Positions 1-12,654 of a stretch of 64,000 nt of DNA are shown here, one piece after another; position 1 is the first letter of the stretch; every line of letters starts with the position of its first letter. The notes below the pieces were generated by a model. That model did no database searches and was not told where the DNA came from. It saw only the letters and a list, made by a program, of their open reading frames with translations. Source of the DNA: Leucoraja erinacea. Lineage: Eukaryota. The stretch is from assembly GCF_028641065.1 (NCBI RefSeq), contig NC_073391.1, forward strand, positions 43,958,001-44,022,000, read 5' to 3'. The translations under genes were made by a program, and so were the position numbers.

Positions 1-379
1 GAGCTTCTCCGCTATTTCGTTCCTAAACTAGTTTGCTGTTTTCTCTTTAAAACAATGTTCTTTACACATGGTTCAAACATATTGGTCTTAATGTATTAAG
101 AGATATATACTCCTTGAAACTCACTAAATGAAAAGCAAGTTGTGTATTCTATCAATAGATACGCTGTTTATCGTTGCTGTGTTTTGTGTTGGTTTTTATT
201 ATGTCACGTTAAAGAGAAATAAAAAAATAGCTGCTTTGACTGAAGTTAGTAAACTGGTTAGTGTAATTGATCGTGAGTCGCTTGTCAGTTTCCAATGCAT
301 TGCAATAAGCTATATTGTACACCTTCGTGATGGATTGACTTTGAATCACAAGTTCACATGTTCTAGGAATAGAATAGAC

Positions 380-622
380 AATAAATAATAGACAATAGGT
401 GCACGAGTAAGCCATTCGGTCCTTCTATCCAGCACCGCCATTTACTGTGATCATGGATGATCATCCACATTCAGTACCCCGTTCCTGCCTTCTCATCATA
501 TCCCCTGACTACGCTATCTTTAACTATCTCCTGAAAGCATCCAGAGAATTGGCCTCCACTGCCTTCTGAGGCAGATAATTCCACAGATTTACAACTCTCT
601 GGGTGTGAAAAAGTTCTCATCT
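380..622 (-). mobile_element. CR1-type LINE 3' fragment (older subfamily, tattgtc-type tail)
   Basis: Reverse complement of the CR1 3' end shared with many copies in the window. Confidence 0.75.
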
Positions 623-625
623 CCG

Positions 626-1192
626 TTCTTGGTGAGACCACACCTGGAGGATTGCATACAGTTTTGGTCTCCTTATCTGAGGAAATACATTCTTGCCATA
701 GAGGGAGTACAGAGAAGGTTCACCAGACTGATTCATGGGATGTCAGGACTTTCATATGAAGAAAGACTCGGCTTGTACTCGCTAGAATTTAAAAGATTGA
801 GGGGGATCTTATAGAAACTTACAAAATTCTTAAGGGGTTGGACAGGCTAAATGCAGGAAGATTATTCCCGATGTTGGGGAAGTCCAGAACAAGGGGTCAC
901 AGTTTAAGGATAAGGGGGAAATCTTTTTGGATCGCGATGAGAAAAACATTTTTCACACAGAGACTGTTGAATCTCTGGAATTCTCTGCCACAGAAGGTAG
1001 TTGAGGCCAGTTCATTGGCTATATTTAAGAGGGAGTTAGATGTAGTCCTTGTGGCTAAAGATATCAGGGGGTATGGAGAGAAGGCAGGTACAGGATACTG
1101 AGTTGGATGATCAGCCATGATCATATTGAATGGCGGTGCAGGCTCAAAGGGATGAATGGCCTACTCCTGCACCTATTTTCTATGTTTCTATG
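626..1192 (+). mobile_element. CR1/HER1-type LINE 3' fragment
   Basis: ORF pieces LVRPHLEDCIQFWSP...GVQRRFTRLI and LWNSLPQKVVEA...GYGEKAG (CR1 ORF2 C-terminus), ending in a (tttctatg)n tail. Confidence 0.9.
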
Positions 1193-2185
1193 TCATCGTG
1201 TTAACCAGTAGAAGAGGCAAGATTTCACCCACCGAGGGGTGAAGCAAGCTAAATGATTGAATTACTAAGTTAGTGAAATGATGGAGGTTGGTGGGGGGAC
1301 ATTAAGGATAAACACTTCACTACCGTCACCCACAGCACACACAGCGACACTTGGAATATCCTATGTGGAAGAAATACATCGGATGCCAAGAGTTTCAGAG
1401 TTCAATCAACAATTTATTGGGCTCTCGAGGAAGGGACATGGCTGTATTGTGTATTTTAGTCAATTTAAAACATATTTCACATTACTATGTGAGGACGAAT
1501 TCATCAGCTCTATTGAATGCAAAGAGCCTGGGAACAGACCTTGGTATGGGTGCACCACTGATTTTCGTATCTGTAATTACGTAGAACATAGATACGATAC
1601 GATACGATAAAAAATTATTCATCCCCGCAGGGAAATTGTTCTGCCAACAGACACCAAGGTACAAGAAAACTAGAAAACAAAGAGAAAAAGGACAAGCGAC
1701 TGTTGTATGGCCGCTGTGTGCCCAACGCCTTCACTGGAAAGAATGAACAAACAAACACCAATTTTTCCCCTGGGCAGAGGATTCTAAACTAGAGTGTCTA
1801 CCTGCACATGATCCATATCCATCCATCCCCTGAATATCCATGTTCCATCCAAAAGCCGCTATGGTATCTGCCACCACCACCCTTGGCAGCACGTTCCAGG
1901 CACCCACAATTTTGTGTAAAGATTTACCCCTTGCACTCCCTTAATCTTTGCCCCTCTCACCTTAAAGTTATGCCCACTACCCTTTGATATTTCCCCTCTG
2001 GGAGAAAGGTTGTGACTGTCTACCCTGTCTATGCTTCTCATAATGACATCAGGTTCAGGTTCCTCCTCAGCCTCTCACCCTCTAGAGAAAGTAATCCAAG
2101 TTTGTCCAATCTCTCCTTATAGCGAACACCTTCTAATCCTGGTAGCATTCAGGTCAACCTCTGCTGCACCCTCTGCTAAACCACT

Positions 2186-2570
2186 TAGAAACATAGAAAC
2201 ATAGAAATTAGGTGCAGGAGTAGGCCATTCGGCCCTTCGAGCCTGCACCGCCATTCAACATGATCATGGCTGATCATCCAACTCAGTATCCTGTACCTGC
2301 CTTCTCTCCATACCCCCTGATCCTCTTAGCCACAAGGGCCACATCTAACTCCCTCTTAAATATAGCCAATTAACTGTGGCCTCGACTACCCTCTGCGGCA
2401 GAGAGTTCCAGAGATTCACCACTCTCTGTGTGAAAAAAAAGTTCTTCTCATCTCGGTTTTAAAGGATTTCCCCCTTATCCTTAAGCTGTGACCCCTTGTC
2501 CTGGACTTCCCTAACATCGGGAACAATCTTCCTGCATCTAGCCTGTCCAACCCCTTAAGAATTTTGTAAG
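2186..2570 (-). mobile_element. CR1-type LINE 3' fragment (young subfamily)
   Basis: (catagaaa)n tail; nearly identical to the 3' end of the 52198-55325 copy. Confidence 0.9.
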
Positions 2571-2587
2571 GAACTTCCTTCCTAGAA

Positions 2588-2925
2588 TAGTGTTTCCACC
2601 AGTGGGAGTGTCTAGGACTAGAGGTCATAGCCTCAGAATTAAAGGATGTGCCTTTAGGAAGGAGATGAGGAGGAATTTCTTTAGTCAGAGGGTGGTGAAC
2701 CTGTAGAATTCATTGCCACACAAGGCTGTGGAGGCCGTCAATGGATATTTTTAAGGCAGGGATAGATCGATTCTTGATTAGTACGGGTGTCAGGGGTTAT
2801 GGGGAGATGGCAGGAGAATGGGGTTAAGAGAGAAAGATAGATCAGCCATGATTGAATAGTGGAGTAGACATGATGGGCCGAAAGGTCTAATTCTGCTCCT
2901 ATCACTCATGACCTTATGACCTAAT
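2588..2925 (+). mobile_element. CR1-type LINE 3' fragment (second subfamily)
   Basis: Homologous CR1 3' end with a ttatgacc-type tail. Confidence 0.75.
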
Positions 2926-3298
2926 GATAATGAGGGCAACCAGAATTGCTCTCAATAACCGAAATATGGCCTAAAGCTACAATATGACTTTCTGACATGC
3001 ATTCAATGCTCCAAGCAATGAAGGTTAGCAAACCTTATGCCTTCTTGTAACTTGTGTTACACTTTCAGGGAGCTATGGACCAGAACCCCAAGATCTCTCT
3101 GTGTATCAATGTTCTATCTGCTCTCTCGTCAATGTAAATGATCCCTATTATATAGTCTGTATAAAATAAGTTGTAAACAAGGACCTTTACATTAAGTGTA
3201 GGACTGAACTGCAGATGGTGGTTGACAACGAAAATACAGTAGATACAAAATGTTGGAGTAACTCATTGGGTCAGGCAGCATCTCTGGAGAAAGGAATA

Positions 3299-3469
3299 NN
3301 NNNNNNNNNNNNNNNNNNNNNNNNNNNNNNNNNNNNNNNNNNNNNNNNNNNNNNNNNNNNNNNNNNNNNNNNNNNNNNNNNNNNNNNNNNNNNNNNNNNN
3401 NNNNNNNNNNNNNNNNNNNNNNNNNNNNNNNNNNNNNNNNNNNNNNNNNNNNNNNNNNNNNNNNNNNNN
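3299..3469. other. Assembly gap (171 N)
   Basis: Run of N followed by a (ctctccac)n-like microsatellite at 3470-3520. Confidence 0.99.
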
Positions 3470-4179
3470 CTCTCCACCTCTCCACCTCTCCACCTCTCTA
3501 CCTCTATCTCTCCCCATCTCTCTTTTTTAAAGAACTGGATAAAATGGAAAGTTGATTGAAACAATAACAACCAAGGAGGGAAGAAATACAAAAGTGCTGA
3601 GTAACTCAGCGGATCAGGCAGCATCTCTGGAAAACATGGATAGACAACTTTTCGGGATGGGACCCTTCTTCAGTGTCGTCCCCTAAACGTCACCTATCCA
3701 TAGGATCTGCCCATCACCCCCTGGCCCAATTGCTGCAACTTCTCACCAGCCACCGAGCTTAACGCTCCAACCCCTTCACTGGTCCCATGCTGATTGCCTT
3801 GACCTGACTCGCTAGGGCCTGGTGGCTCTTCTGACACCCCAATCCCTCCCTTTCTCTGTTCTGGAGCCTCGTGTTCTCCTGCCATCTAACCAAACTTGGA
3901 CATGTGATGTATCAGTTTGTGAGCTCCCCCCAGTGTGAGGAAGGGTCCCGACTGGAAATGTCACACGTCCTTGTTCTGCAGGGATGCTGCCTGATCCGGT
4001 CAGTTACTCTGGGACAGTTGCACAGTTGCACAGTGAGACAGGTGGAGCCACTGCCTCACAGCACCGGAGACCAGCGTTCAATCCCGATTTTGGATGCTGT
4101 CTTCGGGAAGTTTGTACGTTCTCACTGCGACCCATGGATTTCCTCCAGATGTCCTCCCTGGTCACCAAAGACATGCGGG

Positions 4180-4745
4180 TTAGGTCATAAGGGACAGGAG
4201 TGGACTTAGGCCCTTCAGCCCATCTAGTCTATTCCGCCAATCAATCATGGCTGATCTATCTCCCCTAACCCCGTTCTCTGCCTTCTCCCCATAACCTCTG
4301 ACTAATCCTACTGATCAAGAATCTATCTATCTCTGCCTTAAAAATATCCACTGACTTGTCCTCCACAGCTCTCAGTGGCAAAGAATTCCACAGATTCACC
4401 ACCATCTATCTAAAGGAATTTCTCCTCATCTCCTTCCTAAAAGGAACGTCCTTTAATTCTGACCTCTAGTCCTACTAGTTCCTACTAGTGGAAACATCCT
4501 CTCCACATCCATTCTATCCAGGTCTTTCACTATTTGGTAGGTTTCAATGAGGTCCCTCCTCATTCTTCTAAACTCCAGCGAGTGCAGGCCCATTGACGAC
4601 AAAAGTTCATCATAGGTTAACCTACTCATTCCTGGGATCATTCTTGTATACCTCCTCTGGACCCTCTCCAGAGCCAGTACATCCTTCTGCAGATATGGTG
4701 CCCAAAATTGCTTACAATATTCCAAATGTGGCCTTCCCAGCGCCT
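4180..4745 (-). mobile_element. CR1-type LINE fragment
   Basis: ORF 4453-4725 EYCKQFWAPYLQKDVLALERVQRRYTRMIPG is CR1 ORF2-like. Confidence 0.85.
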
Positions 4746-5663
4746 CATAGAGCCTTGACAGTTAATTGGCCTCTGTAAATTGCCCCTAGTGTGTTGGGGG
4801 TGGATGTGTTAGTGGGATAACATAGAACTAGTGTGAACAGGTAATCGATGGTCAGAGTGAAGTCATAGGGCCAATCGGTCAGTTTCCATGCTGCATCTCT
4901 AAACTCTGCATACTGTGTCTTTTTCCCCCCGTAAAGCAGCACTTGCAGTTCCTTGTTTCTACACTATGATCTCTCCTTCTTGGTTTAGTGGCAGGAGAAT
5001 GACTTTAAGCAATCCAAGTGTGCAAGACCAGATCTATTAGTGAGCCATTACACTGTTGTGCAAATGAAAATGTTACAACAGTGAGCTCGAGAGCTCACAA
5101 GTTCGCCAGTAATAGGAGTTGAAATTAGGCCATTCGGCCCATCGAATCTACTCCGTCATTCAATCATGGCTGATCTCTGCCTCCTAATCCAATTTTCCTG
5201 CCTTCTCACCATATCCCTTGACACCCGTTCTAATCAAGAATTTGTCTATCTCTGCCTTAAAAATCTCCACTGACTTGGCCTCCACATCCCCCCTGTGACA
5301 GTGATTTGGTAAGTAGTAAGATGAATTTGTTTTCCAAAATGCCACAGCATCTTGAAGACAATTTATCAGATTGATGACTTTTAGTCAGCTATGTTTTTGT
5401 TTTAGATTTCCAGAGCCTGCAGCAGTTCATTTCCATGATTAATCTGAATTTGATGTTAGTTGCTTGTTTTGGCTCCGAAACACATGACTAATTGAGATTA
5501 AAAACAATTTTCCAAATTTCAAACATTTCCATTTCTGAAATATTCAGGAATGGGACTTAAATGAAGCTTAAATCATCTCATCCATAACTATATTACTCTA
5601 CAAGGTGTGAAAATCCTTCCCTTGTTGTTCATTATTAACCTTGGTAGTGGGACCATTCTTGGA

Positions 5664-5942
5664 TTTTTTTTCACACAGAGAGTGGTGAATTTTTTCACAC
5701 AGAGAGTGGTGAATCTCTGGAACTCTCTGCCACAGAGGGTAGTTGAGGCCAGTTCATTGGCTATATTTAAGATGGAGTTAGATGTGGCCCTTGTGGCTAA
5801 GGGGATCAGGGGGTATGGAGAGAAGGCAGGTACGGGATACTGAGTTGGATGATCAGCCATGATCATATTGAATGGCGGTGCAGGCTCGAAGGGCCGAATG
5901 GCCTACCCCTGCACCTAATTTCTATCTTTCTATGTTTCTATA
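5664..5942 (+). mobile_element. CR1-type LINE 3' fragment with a short duplication at its 5' end
   Basis: FFTQRVVN is repeated twice; (tttctatg) tail. Confidence 0.85.
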
Positions 5943-5994
5943 ATGTGACCCACCATTTTGCTAGGAGGTATAACTTGGTGCTGCATATGAAGAT

Positions 5995-6205
5995 GTAAGA
6001 AACTGCAGATGCTGGAATCTCGAGCAAAGCACAAAGTGCTGGAGGAGCTCAGCAGGTCAGGCAGCATCTGTGGAGGGAATGGACAACCTGAAGAAGGCTC
6101 CCGATCCAAAACATCGCCTGTCCATTTCCTTCCATGGGCTGGCTGAGTTTCTCCAGTACTATGTGTTTTGCTCAGGATTGCAGCATCTGCAGTTCCTTGT
6201 ATCTC
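5995..6205. repeat. Fold-back Penelope-derived terminal-repeat element
   Basis: aactgcagatgctg...cagcatctgcagtt inverted arms with a degenerate ctgaaga...aaaac core. Confidence 0.6.
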
Positions 6206-6249
6206 CATGTCAAAATATCCACAGAATCACAGCATAAGATAGCATATAC

Positions 6250-7275
6250 CCTAATAGAAGGCCGAGGAAGGTCGGCATGTCCCCAACAACTCTCCCCAAC
6301 TTCGACAGATGCACCGACGAAAGCATTTTATCTGACTGCATTGCAGCATGGTTTGTGAACAGCTCCATCCTAGACCGCAAGAAATCGCAGAGAGTTGTGG
6401 ACCTTGCGCAGACCATCACGCAAACTATCCTTCCTTCCATTGACTCCATCCAACTTCACCCTGCCTCGGCAAGCCCACTAGCATAATTAAGAACCAGTCA
6501 CTCCGTCTTGGATAGACTGGATAGACTCGGCTTGTACTCTCTAGAATTTAGAAGATTGAGGGGGGATCTTATAGAAACTTACAAAATTCTTAAGCGGTTG
6601 GGCAGGCTAGATGCAGGAAGATTATTCCCGATGTTGGGGAAGTCCAGAACAAGGGGGTCACAGTTTAAGGATAAGGGGGAAATCTTTTAGGACCAAGATG
6701 AGAAAAACATTTTTCACACAGAGAGTGGTGAATCTCTGGAATTCTCTGCCACAGGAGGTAGTTGAGGCCAGTTCATTGGCTATATTTAAGTAGGAGTTAG
6801 ATGTGGGCCTTGTGGCTAAAGGGATCAGGGGGTATGGAGAGAAGGCAGGTACAGGATACTGAGTGGGATGATCAGCCATGATCATATTGAATGGCGGTGC
6901 AGGCTCGAAGGGCCGAATGGCCTACTCCTGCATCTATTTTCTATGTTTCTATGTTTCTTCTCTCCTCACCCATCAGGCAAGAGGTACAGAAGTGTGAAAA
7001 TGCACATCTCCCGATCCAGGGACAGTTTCTTCCCAGCTGTTATTAGGCTCTCACCCTCCTCTCACCAGCTGGAGTGCGGCCCTGACTTCCCATCTATCTC
7101 ATTGGAGACCTTTCAACCATCTTTAATTGGACTTTAAAAGGATATTATCTTACACTAAATGTTGTACCCTTTATCCCGAATCTGCACACTGTGGAAGGCT
7201 TGATTGTAATCATGTATAATATTTTTATTTGACTGGATAGCACGCAACTAAAAGGCTTTACACATTACCTTGGTA
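6250..7275 (+). mobile_element. Rex1/Babar-like LINE 3' fragment split by a CR1 insertion (6508-6957)
   Basis: ESILSDCIAAWF...QRVVDLAQTIT before the CR1 copy and PSGKRYRS...RDSFFPAVIRL after it. Confidence 0.7.
6508..6957 (+). mobile_element. CR1-type LINE 3' fragment
   Basis: LDRLGLYSLEFRRLRGDLIETYKI; tail present. Confidence 0.9.
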
Positions 7276-7279
7276 GACA

Positions 7280-8075
7280 TAACATAGAAACATAGAAAGT
7301 AGGTGCAAGAGTAGGCCATTCGGCCCTTCGAGCCAGCACTGCTATTCATTATGAACATGGCTGATCCTCCAGAATCAGTACCCTGTTCTTGCTTTTCCCC
7401 CCATAACCCTCGATTCCGTTGGCCCGAAGAGCTATATAGAAACATAGAAACATAGAAAGTAGGTGCAAGAGTAGGCCATTCGGCCCTTCGAGCCTGCACC
7501 GCCATTCAATATAGAAACATAGAAATTAGGTGCAGGAGTAGGCCATTCGACCCTTCGAGCCTGCACCGCCATTCGACCCTTCGAGCCTGCACCGCCATTC
7601 AATATGATCATGGCTGATCATCCAACTCAGTATCCCGTGCCTGCCTTCTCTCCATACCCTCTGATCCCCTTAGCCACAAGGGCCACATCTAATTCCCTCT
7701 TAAATATAGCCAATGAACTGGCCTCAACTACCCTCTGCGGCAGAGAGTTCCAGAGACTCACCACTCTCTGTGTGAAAAACGTTCTTCTCATCTCGGTTTT
7801 AAAGGATTTCCCCCTTATCCTTAAGCTGCGACCCCTTGTCCTGGACTTCCCCAACATCGGGAACAATCTTCCTGCATCTAGCCTGTCCAACCCCTTAAGT
7901 ATTTTGTAAGTTTCTATAAGATCCCCTCTCAATCTCCTAAATTCTAGAGAGTATAAACCAAGTCTATCCAGTCTTTCTTCATAAGACAGTCCTGACATCC
8001 CAGGAATCAATCTGGTGAACCTTCTCTGCACTCCCTCTATGGCAATAATGTCCTTCCTCAGATTTGGAGACCAAA
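7280..8075 (-). mobile_element. Stacked CR1 3' ends plus a ~560 bp CR1 copy
   Basis: Three successive (catagaaa) tails; ORF 7627-8031 is the CR1 ORF2 C-terminus. Confidence 0.9.
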
Positions 8076-8822
8076 TCTAGCTTTCTGTTGAATAAATGTA
8101 GTGAATTGGCCTCCACTGCCTTCTATGGCAGAGAATTCCACAGATTCACAACTCTGGGTGCGAAAGGTTTTTCCTCATCTCAGTCCTAAATGGCCGACCC
8201 CTTATTCTTAAACTGTGCTCCCTGGTTCTGGACTCCCCCAACTTCGGGAACATTCTTGCCTGTTCAATCCCGTAAGAATTTTAAATGTTTCTTTAAGATC
8301 TTCTCTCATCCTTCTAAATTCCAGTGAATATGAGCCCAGTCGACCCACGTGACGATAATAAACTAACCTGAACGAACCTCTTCCACATTTTGACGCAGAC
8401 TAATAGCTCGATCCACCAGACGGAGCCAAGAGTGATATTGATGTGAACTGAACCCAGGCTCGGATCATAAATAATGAATTAAATCTTGGCACAAATGCCC
8501 GTGCTAGTTATCGGCTCGCTGCCTGACTTGATTTGAAAATGATCATCTTGCGACGAACCCAGATCTAATCTGGGAATACTCTACCACAGGAAATCCTTCT
8601 CCCTTGATTCGTAGATTGCAGAGTTGAATCATACTTAAGGTTTCATTGGGAGCTGGAGCAAGGCCAGGCAGGCATGGTCAGGGATGAAAGGCAAAATCAT
8701 CTTTTTCAGAGTATCATGAGTTTATTATTGTCTTCGTTGCTCTTGGTTTGGTATTAATGCGGTTGTTAGGTTTGGGCGGTGAAGTACTTTGGTCACTAGT
8801 TGCTGAGATGTTATGGTCCATT

Positions 8823-9340
8823 AAAGTTTAGTTTAATATTGTGGAAACAAACCTTTCGGCCCACCGTGTCCGTGCCGACCAGCGATCCCAGCACACTAGC
8901 ACTATCCTACACACAAGGGCCAATTTACAATCTTAGTGCCCCTGTCCCACTTAGGAAACCTGAACGGAAAGCTCTGGAGACTTTGCGCCCCACCCAAGGT
9001 TTCCGTGAGGTTCCCAGAGGTTTTTGTCAGTCTCCCGACCTGCTTCCACTACCTGCAACCTCCGGCAACCACCTGCAACCTCCGGGCACGGAACTGCACG
9101 GAAACCTTGGGTGGGGCGCAAAGTCTCCAGAGGTTTCCGTTCAGGTTTCCTAAGTGGGACAGGGGCATTGCTGAAGCCAATTAACTGAGAAACCCGTATG
9201 TCTTTGGACTGTGGGAGGAAACTGGAGCACCTAGAGAAAACCCACTGGATCACAGGGAGAGCATGCACACTCAGTATAGACAGCACCCGTAGACAGGATG
9301 GAAGCTGGGTCTCTGGCGCTGTAAGACAGCAACTCTACCA
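8823..9340 (-). mobile_element. HE1/V-SINE-type tRNA-derived SINE interrupted by a MITE
   Basis: SINE tail (ggaaacaaacctttcggccc), central domain and head (cagcaactctacc) on the minus strand. Confidence 0.8.
8937..9167. mobile_element. MITE (non-autonomous DNA transposon) with 71-bp terminal inverted repeats, probably PIF/Harbinger-like
   Basis: 8937-9007 and 9097-9167 are reverse complements (70/71); ends are tgcccctgtcccac...gtgggacaggggca. Confidence 0.85.
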
Positions 9341-9549
9341 CAGGTCCTCCAACACCAACAAAGCTGAATATGCCATAGAGTCATAGGGTCGTAGAGTCAT
9401 AGAATGATACGGTGTGGAAACAGGCCCTTCGGCCCAAATTGCCCACACTGGCCAACATGTCCCATTTTACACGAGAGCCACCTCGCTGTGTTTGATCCAT
9501 ATCCCTCCAAACTTGTATTATCCATGTACCTGTCTAACTGTTTCTTTAA

Positions 9550-9740
9550 GAAGGATCTGCAGATGCTGGAAAATCAAAGGTGCACAAAAATGCCGGAGAA
9601 ACTCAGCGGGCGCAGCAGCATCTATGGATCGAAGGAAATAGGCAACGTTTCGGGCCGAAACCTCTGAAGAAACGTTGCCTATTTCCTTCGCTCCATAGAT
9701 GCTGCTGCACCCGCTGAGTTTCTCCAGCATTTTTGTGTAC
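9550..9740. mobile_element. Fold-back Penelope-derived mini-element with a 16-bp target-site duplication
   Basis: ctaactgtttctttaa at 9534-9549 and 9741-9756; ~70-bp inverted arms. Confidence 0.8.
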
Positions 9741-10269
9741 CTAACTGTTTCTTTAACGTTGGGATAGTCCCAGCCTCCATCACCTCCTCTGGCAGCTTGT
9801 CCCATACACCCACAACCCTTTGTGTGAAAATGTCACCCCTCGGATTCCGACTACATTTTTTCCCCTTCGCCCTTAAACCTCTGGTCCTCGATTCATCTAC
9901 TCTGGGCAAGAGACACTGTCAAACCTAAAGTTGGAACAGAATTCAACTGAGAGGTTGCTGTCTGTTCATCTGTCTAACGTGAGAGCAGTTTGTTTTGTTT
10001 AGAGAAACAGCATGAAAACAGGCCCTTCGGCCCACCGGGTCCATGCCGACCATTGATCACCTATTCACACTTGTTCTATGTTATCCTGCATTCTCATCCA
10101 CTCCCTACACTTTAGGGGGGATTTAATGGTTCAATGGTTTCTTTGTTGTCACGTGTATCAAGAAAACGGCCCATCGTGTCTGCTCCACCATGCTATTTTC
10201 CCCTCTCAGCCCCATTCTCTTGCCTTCTCCCCATAGCCTTTGACACCCTTACTAAACAAGAACTTATCA

Positions 10270-10378
10270 TAGAGATAAAGTGCTGGAGTTACTCAGCGGG
10301 TTAGGCAGCATCTCTGGAGAAGAAGGATGGGGGATATTTCGAATAGGGATCCTTCTTCAGACTTATCATCTGATTGTT
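10270..10378 (-). mobile_element. Solo Penelope-derived mini-element with a 12-bp TSD
   Basis: aagaacttatca at 10258-10269 and 10379-10390; ctgaaga...gaaa core on the minus strand. Confidence 0.7.
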
Positions 10379-10769
10379 AAGAACTTATCAATCCCCACTG
10401 TAAAAATACTCCACGACTTGGCCTCACAGCCATTTTCGTTTACAGTTTGGAGATACTGTGTTGAAACAGATCAGCAAGACTATCCCCATAGACAGGATGG
10501 GGATATACATGTCCCCATACATGAACACAATCCCTGGGTTAGTACAGAATGCACAGAACAGCCCACTCAGTCTATGTACGAGGCACCATTTTGCGCCATT
10601 TTACAGTCCCAGCTGCAGGGACCATTGCAGCTGTTGCCTCCATTCCGGACGTCCCCGTGCGTCTTTGGGATGTGGGAGGAAACCGGAGCACCCGGAGAAA
10701 ACCCACAAGGTCACAGGGAGAACGGAGAATTAGTATCAAAGGTGAAAGGGCTTATATTCACGGGAATGT

Positions 10770-11350
10770 AGAACGATGAGAGGAGTCATGGAAACATATA
10801 AAATTTTTAAAGGATTGGACAGGCTAGATGCAGGAAAAATGTTGCCGATGTTAGAAACATAGAAAATAGGTGCAGGAGGAGGCCATTCAGCCAGCACCCG
10901 CCATTCATTGTGATCATGGCTGATCGTCCCCAATCAGTAGCCCGTGCCTGCCTTCTCCCCATATCTCTTGATTCCACTAGCCCCTTCAAGCTCTATCTAA
11001 CTCTCTCTTAAATCCATCCAGTGACTTGGCCTCCACTGCCCTCTGTGACCAGGGGGGTCACAGTTTAAGAATAAGTGGTAGGCGATTTAGCCCTGAGATG
11101 AGGGGAAAATGTTTTCACCCAGAGAGTTGTGCATCTGTGGAATTCTCTGCCACAGAAGGCAGTGGAGGCCAATTCACTGGATGTTTTCAAGCGAGAGTTA
11201 GATTTAGCTCTTAGGGCTAAAGGAATAATGGGATATGGGGGGAAAAGCAGGAACGGGGTACTGAGATGATGTACTTTTAGATGATCATTTTGAATGGCGG
11301 TGCTGGCTCGAAGGGCCGAATGGCCTCCTCCTGCACATATTTTCTATGTC
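10770..11350 (+). mobile_element. CR1 fragment containing a nested opposite-strand CR1 3' end (10853-11047)
   Basis: CR1 3' sequence is interrupted and then resumes. Confidence 0.75.
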
Positions 11351-12094
11351 TTTCCATGTGTTCTAAAAGGGAGTCAGATAAGGAGAGAAGTGGATGTGAA
11401 ATGTAAAGTCAGCTAGAGAGATATGGGTGGAAAGGGACAGGGAGGAGGTGAAAGTGGGGTGGGAATTAAAGGGAAATATGGGACATGGGGATGAATGGGT
11501 GGAAAGGGGAAGGGGGTGAGAAGGGTGATTAGGGTGCTTGGCATTTTTAAATATAGTTTCAACATAAGTTACCTGTCTTTGTACTCTGTGCCTCCAATTA
11601 TAAATCCCAGGATCACATACACACTTTGCTAACCAGTTTCACAACATACGCTGCTAATTATATACATGGACAACTGCATTCTATTGCTCCTGTGCACCCT
11701 TTAGAATTGTGCCATTTAATCTAAATTTTCTCTCAAACTTCCCTGTATTAAGTTTCATCTGTGACTTGCCTGCCCATTACCATAAGATCTTACGACATTG
11801 GAGCAGAATTAGGCTATTCGGCCCATTGTGTCTGCTCCACCATGCTATTTTCCCCTCTCAGCCCCATTCTCTTGCCTTCTCCCCATAGCCTTTGACACCC
11901 TTACTAAACAAGAACTTATCATAGAGATAAAGTGCTGGAGATACTCAGCGGGTTAGGCAGCATCTCTGGAGAAGAAGGATGAGGGGGAATTTTCGAATAG
12001 GGATCCTTCTTCAGACTTACCATCTGATTGTTAAGAACTTATCAATCCCCACTGTAAAAATACTCAACGACTTGGCCTCACAGCCATTTTTGTT

Positions 12095-12378
12095 TGGAGT
12101 TTGGAGATACTGTGCTGAAACAGGCCTTTCAGCCCACCGAGTCCATGCCGACCAGCGATCTCCGTACACTAGCACTATCCTACACACTAGATATAATTTA
12201 CAATGTTACTAAAGCCAATTAACCTGCAAAGCTCCACGTCCTTGGAGTGTGGGAGGAAACCCACGAGGTCACGGGGTGAATGTACAAACTCCACACAGAC
12301 AGCACCTGTAGTCTGGATCGAACCCGGTTCTCTGGCACTGTAAGGCAGCAACACTACTGCTGTGCCACCATGCCGCCC
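12095..12378 (-). mobile_element. HE1/V-SINE-type SINE
   Basis: tRNA-like head, central domain and LINE-like tail are all present. Confidence 0.8.
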
Positions 12379-12654
12379 AACTGTGCCAATGAATTCCACT
12401 GATTCACCACCTTCTGGCTAAAGAAATTCCTCCTCATCTCCATTGTAAAGGACTAGCAAGTTATTCCGGCAACTTATCTATGTCCTTCTGCCATCTATCG
12501 CAAACACTGTTAATCACACTTTCAAACCGTATCCCATCGACAAGTTTGGAAGTTTCGCTGTGACGCCACGTCTAAGTTATTGAGGTGCGTCAGAAAAAAA
12601 TAAATTGTTCCAGTGAACTATCTCGTGAAAACCACCATTGTAAAACTAAAAACG

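Noticed and set aside
7604-7909. Recurrent ORF MIMADHPTQYPVPAFSPYPLIPLATRATSNSLL... (more than a dozen copies) as a novel protein family
   Set aside because: It is the antisense frame of the young CR1 3' end, and the copies are similar simply by descent.
10320-10365. Apparent compensatory change ACGU to AUAU in hammerhead stem III
   Set aside because: It is equally explained by CpG deamination, so it is not counted as covariation evidence.
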